A stretch of DNA of 64,000 bases from Nitrospinaceae bacterium (GTDB lineage Bacteria > Nitrospinota > Nitrospinia > Nitrospinales > Nitrospinaceae): NCBI GenBank assembly GCA_965223665.1, contig OZ245011.1, forward strand, positions 3,008,001-3,072,000, in the 5' to 3' direction. The notes beneath the pieces are model-generated. The model did not search any database and was not told the DNA's origin. It saw nothing but the letters and a program-made list of their open reading frames with translations. The position numbers were made by a program, and so were the translations under genes. The number at the start of each line of letters is the position of its first letter. The stretch's first letter is position 1. Below, one piece after another: positions 38,701 through 46,743 of this stretch.

Positions 38701-40714
38701 ACGGTTCTACGATGTATTGGGCAACGTGGTGAAATCGATTCGGTCGATTGATTCCGATACCCAGGGAACCGGCGGACCGCCGGAGGTGTACACTACCGAG
38801 TTTGTGTACGATACCTGGAACCGTCTGCATGAGTTGACTTACCCGGATACGGAAGTGCTGACCTATCACTACGACTCCGGCGGGTTGGTCCACGATGCTT
38901 CCGGTGTGAAAGGTGCCTTTCCTTACGCTTACTTCAATAAACTGGAGTACGACAAGTTTGAGCAGCGCAAGTTCGTCGAGTACGGCAACGGTGTGAAAAC
39001 CACGTACGCTTACGATCCTTTGGATCGAAGGTTGTTCACGTTGAAGTCGGTGAAACCGGATACCAGCTTCTTCCAGGATCTGCTGTACACCTATGACGAT
39101 GTCGGGAATATTCTTCAACTGAAAAACCTGGCAGCAGTGAACCATCCGAATCAAATTGGTGGCGCAACGACGCAGAACTACCAGTACGACGATCTGTATC
39201 GGTTGACTCATGCCGACGGGGAATGGACTCCGGGTACCGGCAAGAAACAGTTGTACGACCTGGATATGGGTTACAACACGATTCACAATATCCAGTTCAA
39301 AGACCAGATGCATACGGAGCTGAAGTCGTCCGGTCAACCGGTGGTGCAGCAGAAGACGACGTATAATTTTGTGTACGGTTATACCGGACCGCATCCGCAT
39401 GCACCGACGGCGATTGGTGACAGAACGTTCACATACGATGCCAACGGTAACCAGACCGCCTGGACGCATAACAGCAATGGAACCCAGCGGACGATCACCT
39501 GGGACGAAGAAAACCGGATTCAGGGGATCTCTGATAACGGGGATCTGAGTACGTATAAGTACGATGATACGGGTCAACGTGTGATCAAAAGCACGTCTCA
39601 AGGTGAGACGGTGTATGTGAACCGTTGGGTGACGGCACGTAACCGTGATGTGGGCACGAAACATGTGTTCGCGGGACAGACGCGTGTGGTTTCCAAGTTG
39701 GCCAAACAGGAAAGAAACGGTCAGATCATCGAGGAGAAGGATCTGTTCTATTACCATCCGGATCATTTGGGCAGTAACGGTTATGTGACAGATGAAGCAG
39801 GTGCCATTTATCAGCATCACGAGTTCTTCCCGTTCGGGGAAACATGGATTGAAGAAACCGGCAACACTCAACCTTCACCGTACCTCTTCACCGGAAAGGA
39901 ACTGGATGAAGAGACGAAATTGTATTACTATGGAGCCAGGTACTTTGATCCCAGAACTTCTGTATGGCAAAGCCCTGATCCGATTTTGGGAGAATTAATT
40001 GCATTTAAATCAAGGCATGAAAGCCTTCCAAGAAAGCTATCCTTGTATAGTTATGGGTTGCAAAACCCGCTTGTTTTCACTGATCCAGATGGAAGGGATG
40101 CATTAATTGTTGTTTTTACACAATATAAAGTGGAAGTTCCTGGATTAGGAAAGATAGGGGGATTGGGGCATGCTGGTGTTGTTTTGATTGATAATAAATC
40201 TGGTTTTACCAAGTATTATGAATATGGAAGATATGATAGAGCAAATCGTGGGGTTGTGAGAAATATAAAAGTTCCAAATGTACAAATGGATGAAAACGGG
40301 AAACCGACTTCTGCATCCATGAAAAAATTATTAAGGACTTTATCGAAAAAAGCAGGTCACAACAGTAAAATAGAAGGGGCTTATATTAAAAACGATAACT
40401 TTAAGCAAATGTTTGATTATGCGAAAGGTAGAAAAGAGCAAAATAATGATCCTGACAGGGAGCCTTATGACAATACATCAAATAATTGTCTTACTTTCTG
40501 TTTGGATACTTCGAAGGCCGGAGGAGCAGAAGTACCTGATGATTTAGTGGATTGGCCAAATCAAGATATTGGAGACATCCAAGATGATCATCCTTCGGTG
40601 CGATTTGATCCGGAAAATGATGAAATTGGTGGTATGCTATATGATAAACCCTCTGGTATTGGAGAGAATATTGAACACCAATATAATCAATTTAAAAAAT
40701 GGTTAGATGAATAA
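29717..40714 (+). CDS. Giant secreted RHS/YD polymorphic toxin: signal peptide, purple-acid-phosphatase-like domain, Ig-like, DNRLRE, ZU5-like, SpvB, FG-GAP repeats, RHS shell, papain-like C-terminal tip
   Basis: [33 protein letters not shown] (SpvB); several DINGDxLPD repeats; YD repeats; [23 protein letters not shown] and [10 protein letters not shown] core. Confidence 0.92.
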   Translation: [3665 protein letters not shown]

Positions 40715-40726
40715 GGCAAAAACTTA

Positions 40727-41281
40727 TTGAAGCTAAGTAATTTTGTAAAATATCTTATATTTTTCTTTATTATTGGTTGTGATGATTCCGGTTTTCTTGG
40801 CAGTTGGAATGTGAAAAATGATAATGGTTTTTTCATAGAACACGTAGAAATATCGGACGTTTCAATCGAATGCAAACAGGGAGAATATGGTAATAAAAAG
40901 ACCTACTTTGTTCCTTGTTTCCTAAAAGCAAAAATAATATATAGCCCTAAATATATATTCTTAAACAAAGTAGCCATATTATCAAAGTTAATTCCACTTG
41001 ATAAAATTTCGAAAGTAGAATATCAATCTTTAAATAATGACGAGTTGTTTCGACCCAAAGGGAATTCAGATCCTGATTATTTAGGACAAACTTACAGTGC
41101 TTATATTCAAAGTGTAATAAAACCTTTGTTTACCTTGGATATTTGGGGAAACACTGGCGACAGACAAAAAATTGAAGATATTGAAGTTAAATTTAAACTA
41201 TCCATTAGTGCTACGAAATGTGAAAAATTAATATTTGGAAATCACTCAAAAATCTTTTGTTTTGATTTTGGAGGTAAATAG
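40727..41281 (+). CDS. Putative cognate immunity lipoprotein
   Basis: Starts 12 bp after the toxin stop, AT-rich, with lipobox-like FFFIIGC. Confidence 0.65.
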   Translation: MKLSNFVKYLIFFFIIGCDDSGFLGSWNVKNDNGFFIEHVEISDVSIECKQGEYGNKKTYFVPCFLKAKIIYSPKYIFLNKVAILSKLIPLDKISKVEYQSLNNDELFRPKGNSDPDYLGQTYSAYIQSVIKPLFTLDIWGNTGDRQKIEDIEVKFKLSISATKCEKLIFGNHSKIFCFDFGGK

Positions 41282-41490
41282 ATTTTTTATCAGAACTGAT
41301 GAAATTTTATAACCTTAAATGTTAAGTTAAATTAGAATTAATAATTCGATAGCGTTATTCTTATTTCTTCTACGCGGAAAATACCCCTTCCTAAATTGCC
41401 ATCAAATATTAAACGACCACTAACATCGAAAAAGCTAAATTTTTATCTCATCTTAATAAGAATATTAAGATAGTTAACGGAGAGAAAGAG

Positions 41491-42474
41491 TTGTTCTTTT
41501 ATCATCCGGATCATTTGGGCAGTAACGGGTATGTGACGGATGTGGATGGAGCGATTTACCAGCACATTGAGTTCTTCCCGTTCGGGGAAACGTGGATTGA
41601 AGATACCGGCAACACTCAACCCTCACCGTACCTCTTCACCGGAAAGGAACTGGATGAAGAGACCAAGCTCTACTACTACGGCGCCCGCTATTACGATCCA
41701 CGAACAAGCGTGTGGCAGAGTGCGGACCCGATTTTAAACCGGTATTTAGATGGATTGGGAAGTTTAGGTGGAGTTTATAATTCCAATAATTTAAATCTAT
41801 TTTCCTATGCTCATCAAAATCCATTGATTTTGTTCGATCCTGATGGATTGAGTACTGAGGTAGCTGAATCAGGTAATGGGATGTATAAAGTTACTGGAGG
41901 AAACCTTGCTGATGGAGATAAAGGAATATATGTGGTTAGCAAAAATAAGAAAACTGGAAAATTTGAAAGAACAGGTGAAAAACTAGGAGAATCGCTGACT
42001 ATGTATTCATTCTATAACGCTGACACTCAAGATGAGAAGGGACAACAAGGTTGGAAAGGTACTATTGACATAAATTCAAAAGAGTCTGGTAATTTGGTTT
42101 CGAACTTTAAGAAAAAAGTTAAAAGTGAAGCTGGGATCGGACTTTTTGAATATATGCTTAATGCCACCGATGGAAAAGAGTATGATTTTAAACGAGGTGG
42201 TGATCCAAACAGTAAGGACAGAAATTTTCACCATCGGGGATCTATATGGGAAACGAAAACTGACGGGACAAAAGTGTTTGGTACTGCAAGGGATGTCGGG
42301 AATTTTGCCGCAGGATATCTTGCAGCTTCAAAGGGCATTGGATATTCTTTTGCTAGAGGAGCTTTTGATCTCTTTGAGCAAAAGTTTATGCCTTGGAAAC
42401 CAGGAGAGGGCCCCCAGAGTACAAGGGCTCAGGAGTTAGGACATAAAGCTGGTACTTTAGATGCGGGAAAATGA
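41491..42474 (+). CDS. Orphan RHS core fragment with an alternative toxin tip (Ntox44-like motif)
   Basis: Begins mid-core ([10 protein letters not shown]), nearly identical to about 39743..39985; diverges around [20 protein letters not shown] near the C-terminus. Confidence 0.8.
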   Translation: [327 protein letters not shown]

Positions 42475-42485
42475 AAGTGAGCTAA

Positions 42486-43004
42486 ATGAAAACTAAAAAG
42501 TGGCTTTGGTTTCTATCAGTTTTTATATTGTTTCTATACTATCAGATTGACTATAAAAGATATTTTATAGAGAGCTCTGATGGCAGTAAGGTATTTACTG
42601 TTTGGGTCCGATATTTTGAATATTGTTATATAATTCCTGGGAAATATTATTTGCCCTATCTTCCTAAAGAAAATTATATAAAAACTGATGGCTGGAAAAA
42701 TTATTTAGATGTTGTTTTTAAGCCGCAAAATAAGGATAAATATGCTATAGCTATTTATCAGGAATTTAAAAAGTTTAACTTTGATAAGGGCATAAGGTTA
42801 TTTAAATCACAAAAATCACTGGAAGCCTATTATGGAATGGATGATGCGAGGATTTCAAGGGAAGATAAACTAAAAAGCTTGGAATATGTCTACGTTGATA
42901 TGGATGAAATATATGGTATTAGAGTAGTTCGCCATGAAGAGTTAATACAAACAAAAAAGAATTATGAAAAATTTTGGAAAGATATTAAGAAAGATAATAA
43001 ATGA
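42486..43004 (+). CDS. Putative immunity protein of the orphan tip, N-terminal membrane anchor
   Basis: Starts 11 bp after the orphan stop; AT-rich; WLWFLSVFILFLYY segment. Confidence 0.6.
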   Translation: MKTKKWLWFLSVFILFLYYQIDYKRYFIESSDGSKVFTVWVRYFEYCYIIPGKYYLPYLPKENYIKTDGWKNYLDVVFKPQNKDKYAIAIYQEFKKFNFDKGIRLFKSQKSLEAYYGMDDARISREDKLKSLEYVYVDMDEIYGIRVVRHEELIQTKKNYEKFWKDIKKDNK

Positions 43005-43109
43005 TAAGCTTAAAATTAAATTTGTTATGATCCAAGGATTATAGTAGAAAAAATACTATAAAGATTGTATTGGGTTTCTATCGAAGCCAGTAAAAAGATC
43101 CTACCTCCC

Positions 43110-43472
43110 AGTTTGTGTACGATACCTGGAACCGTTTGCATGAGCTGACGTACCCGGATACGGAAGTGCTGACCTATCACTACGACTCCGGTGGATTGGT
43201 GCACGATGCTTCCGGTGTGAAAGGTGCCTTCCCTTACGCTTACTTCAGTAAACTCGAGTACGACCACTCACCGTGGGGGTGATATGATTCTTGAAAAGTT
43301 TCTTGGGATTCGGTAGGCTATTGAATTATCGTAAATTTATTTTGCCTCTAACCGCTAGTTTGGTTTGGGCAGCACAAGTTCGTCGAGTACGGCAACGGAG
43401 TAAAAACAACCTATGCTTACGATCCGTTAGACCGGCGCCTGTTCACCTTGAAGTCGGTGAAACCGGATACCA
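43110..43472 (+). pseudogene. Interrupted RHS/YD-repeat fragment
   Basis: 43110..43264 matches 38799..38953 and 43363..43472 matches about 38956..39065, separated by about 100 bp of unrelated DNA. Confidence 0.85.
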
Positions 43473-43605
43473 ACAAGTTAGTCTTTGTGTTTCACCTGGT
43501 GGTTCAGTAATTTCCAAAAGTTAAAAGGTTTATCTTTTAATTAGAGGTTGAGTTGTCTATCATAATTATGGAAAAATTAACATTGTTTATGCAAGGAAAC
43601 GAGAA

Positions 43606-44001
43606 ATGACCCAAGTTGGTAAATACATGAGCAACACTCTTTATACAACCACCCCGGACCAATATGCTCACATTGCCTTGGACGATATGTACAAAAACAA
43701 AGTGAACGCACTTTTAGTCAAGGATGGTGAGGATTTTGTCGGGATTTTTACAAAGACGGATTGGATGATCCTGGCCTTAAAAGGAGAGTGCGACCCTAAA
43801 TCTGTCAAGGTTTCTACATTAATGACGAAAATTGAAAGTACTGTCGATAAAGATCAGACTATTGCAGAGGCTAGCGCCCTCATCGAAAAAAAGAAAGTGC
43901 GACACCTGCCTGTCACCGACGGGGGCAAAATTGTGGGAATGTTTTCTGTAAAAGACATGGAAAAGTACTACCTGGATCTACATAAGAAAACCGATTTTTG
44001 A
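43606..44001 (+). CDS. CBS-pair domain protein
   Basis: ALLVKDGEDFVGIFTKTD and VRHLPVTDGGKIVGMFSVKD. Confidence 0.9.
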   Translation: MTQVGKYMSNTLYTTTPDQYAHIALDDMYKNKVNALLVKDGEDFVGIFTKTDWMILALKGECDPKSVKVSTLMTKIESTVDKDQTIAEASALIEKKKVRHLPVTDGGKIVGMFSVKDMEKYYLDLHKKTDF

Positions 44002-44203
44002 CCTTCCTTGATTAACATTCACCTCCTATTCTTAATTCTCAGGCTAGAGGTTCCCTTCCGTTCCGGACTTCATTTTTACTATGAGTAAAAGGGTTTTTAC
44101 TTTTTTTAATCACTTTTTTTAAATTCTCTTCAACTATACGTTATATTAGATATTAGTTAAGGAATACTTCTTAAAGCTTATGTAAACCTCCTAAAACAAA
44201 CTG

Positions 44204-44842
44204 GTGCGAAACTTTTTAGAAAATTCAACGGATAAAAGTTTTTTTTCGATATTGCTGATTATCTTTTCCGTATTTTTTGTTTGGTCTGCAATTGATCCTT
44301 TTGATCGTTTTACCTGGTTTCTGGAAGTAATGCCAGCCATCATTGGATTAGTGGTTTTAGTCATTACTCATCCCAGGTTTCCATTGACTCGTTTCACGAT
44401 TTGTTTGATTTTGATCCACGCTATTATTCTGTTGATAGGAGGCCATTACACTTATGCTGAAGTACCTTTATTTAATTGGATCAAGGAAGCTCTAGATTTA
44501 TCTCGCAATCATTACGACCGATTGGGTCACCTCGCCCAGGGGTTTTTTCCCGCGATCATTGCCAGAGAAATTTTGTTACGCAAATCTCCCCTAGAACCGG
44601 GTAAATGGTTATTTTTTCTTGTGGTCTGCATTTGTTTATCGATTAGTGTGTTTTATGAGTTTATCGAATGGTGGGTTGCATTGGGCACCGGTGAATCTGC
44701 AGATGCATTTTTAGGTACACAAGGAGATGTTTGGGATACTCAATGGGACATGGCACTGGCAGGAACGGGAGCAATTTTAGCCCAAATCTTTTTTTCTAAA
44801 ACACATGATAGAGCTTTGGCACCCTTTACAGAAAAAGTTTAA
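44204..44842 (+). CDS. DUF2238 (YjdF-like) inner membrane protein
   Basis: GGHYTYAEVP, RNHYDRLGH, FLGTQGDVWDTQWDM. Confidence 0.9.
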   Translation: MRNFLENSTDKSFFSILLIIFSVFFVWSAIDPFDRFTWFLEVMPAIIGLVVLVITHPRFPLTRFTICLILIHAIILLIGGHYTYAEVPLFNWIKEALDLSRNHYDRLGHLAQGFFPAIIAREILLRKSPLEPGKWLFFLVVCICLSISVFYEFIEWWVALGTGESADAFLGTQGDVWDTQWDMALAGTGAILAQIFFSKTHDRALAPFTEKV

Positions 44843-44849
44843 TAGTTCG

Positions 44850-44893
44850 AAAAAAATACCGCCCAAATTTCATACATAAATTAGGGCGGTATT
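44850..44893. terminator. Probable terminator between convergent genes
   Basis: AATACCGCCC...GGGCGGTATT stem with an A-run on the left side. Confidence 0.7.
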
Positions 44894-44931
44894 AATTGTT
44901 GTTTGAAATAATAGTTGTTTACAGATGAAGG

Positions 44932-45468
44932 TTATAATTTAGTTTCTGTTCCTAAAGCCGAAGCAATTTTTTGAAGCATTTCCTTTTCCCCGGCGCTCAC
45001 ACGCTCTCCTCCAAATCCTAAAAATCCTCCTTCTTTAGCAGACATGGCGACTTTTTCTGCTACTGACATAGCCCATTCCTTATATTCCGAAGCTTCATTT
45101 GGAGTTGCTTTTTCGGAAAGTAAACTTTTGACCTGTTGACAATCTCGTAAACATTGTTCGAGAAATTTGTCTTTGGAATCCACTCCCTTTTCTTTCATCC
45201 GTTCCACACTTTTTTCTCGGAAATTTTTTGCTCGATCCCATGCACCTTCTTTCGGGCCAGCGCCCAGGTTGGGAAGAACACTTTGAATAAGTTCATTATT
45301 AGGGTATTCCTTTAAACCTGATAAAACTGATTTTGCATTGGACCAGCTTTCCTTTAAAGTTCCGAAAATACCACTACTCTCCGACATGGCGATAGTTGTG
45401 CCAATCATGGATGGCGTGTTTGTGAGCAAGAATATTTCTTCTTCTGAATATTTGTCCGCAAGTGCCAT
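44932..45468 (-). CDS. Conserved hypothetical protein
   Basis: 178 aa; EASEYKEW...VAMSAKEGGFLGFGGERVSAGE; GGAGG RBS. Confidence 0.8.
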   Translation of the reverse strand: MALADKYSEEEIFLLTNTPSMIGTTIAMSESSGIFGTLKESWSNAKSVLSGLKEYPNNELIQSVLPNLGAGPKEGAWDRAKNFREKSVERMKEKGVDSKDKFLEQCLRDCQQVKSLLSEKATPNEASEYKEWAMSVAEKVAMSAKEGGFLGFGGERVSAGEKEMLQKIASALGTETKL

Positions 45469-45793
45469 AATCCTCCCCCTGACTTATTTGTTCTAATGTT
45501 TTGAAGAAAAATGAATTGTAACATAATTAGTTTGGACAAAAAATTGGTGTTGATTAAGGCCATAAATTACAATATATTAGTTGAGTTAAGCTAACTAAGG
45601 GTTTCTAGTTGGAGTCATTATGTTAGATTATTGAATAATATGGATATTTGTTTTTTAAATTAGAAAAATAGTCACTCGCCACTGCTTTCTTTAATAAATG
45701 ATTATTATAGTTGTCTGAAAAAAAGATTAATTGTAACCCTTCCTAAACCTTAGAAATATTCTTCAAAGAAATCATTTCCTCAGGAGAACCTTA

Positions 45794-46684
45794 ATGGATA
45801 TTCTTTTTGAAAAAATTCCTTACATATGGGAACTTTTAAACACCCCTTTATTTGAATTGGATGGAAACAAGGTTTCTCTTGTTTCATTTATCATTGCTTT
45901 ATTTATTCTCTTCGGGTTTTTCTTAATTTCTAAATTAATTGAACGAGGGGTACGCAACACTCTCAAAAATAAAACCATTGATCCGGGAATCAAAGGATCC
46001 ATTGAACGATTTTCTCGATACTTAACAATTATTGCTGGGGCGTTCATTGCACTGGATACCATTGGAATAAGTATGTCTTCCATTGCAGCATTAGGCGCGG
46101 TATTAATGGTAGGAATTGGTTTTGGATTACAAAATATAACTCAGAACTTTATTGCAGGTATCATCATTCTTTTGGAGCGACCCATCAAACAAGGCGATGT
46201 TGTAGTTGTTGGTGATGTTTCTGGAAGAGTTCGTGATATTCGGGTTCGATCCACTATCATAGAAACCAGAGATGATGTGGCTATTATTGTTCCCAACTCT
46301 CAGTTCATCGCGGAACAAGTGATCAATGACAGTTTTTCTGGCCACACTATTCGAAGAACTTTAAAAGTGGGTGTGGCTTATGGTTCGAATGTTCAATTAG
46401 TAACAAAAATTCTTATTGAGCTTGCTAATGCAAATGAACAGATTTTGAAGGATCCTGCACCTAAAGTCTTTTTTATGGATTTTGGAAGTTCGTCCTTAGA
46501 TTTTGAATTACGGTTCTGGGTAACAGAGCTTTGGGCTACAGATTCTATTCTTTCCGAATTAAGATACGATATTGATTGTGAATTTAGAAATGAAAACATT
46601 TGTATCCCCTTTCCTCAACGGGATCTGCATATCAAATCATCAGAGCCTCATTTTCGCCTCGCTTATGAACAGGGATCTTCTTAA
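45794..46684 (+). CDS. MscS-family mechanosensitive channel
   Basis: GIGFGLQNITQNFIAGIIILLERPIKQGD, IIVPNS, VGVAYGS, IPFPQRDLHI. Confidence 0.93.
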   Translation: MDILFEKIPYIWELLNTPLFELDGNKVSLVSFIIALFILFGFFLISKLIERGVRNTLKNKTIDPGIKGSIERFSRYLTIIAGAFIALDTIGISMSSIAALGAVLMVGIGFGLQNITQNFIAGIIILLERPIKQGDVVVVGDVSGRVRDIRVRSTIIETRDDVAIIVPNSQFIAEQVINDSFSGHTIRRTLKVGVAYGSNVQLVTKILIELANANEQILKDPAPKVFFMDFGSSSLDFELRFWVTELWATDSILSELRYDIDCEFRNENICIPFPQRDLHIKSSEPHFRLAYEQGSS

Positions 46685-46743
46685 TTTAATATCATTCTCA
46701 TTTATCCGAGCGAATCGTCGTCAAATTAGTTTTTAATCAATTG

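Noticed and set aside
38369-39871. 500-aa antisense ORF (also 31859..32617 and 36548..37261)
   Set aside because: Shadow frames of the GC-rich, codon-biased RHS gene; no recognisable motifs.
43291-43524. 77-aa plus-strand ORF (and 43025..43267 on the minus strand)
   Set aside because: Off-frame readings across RHS debris.
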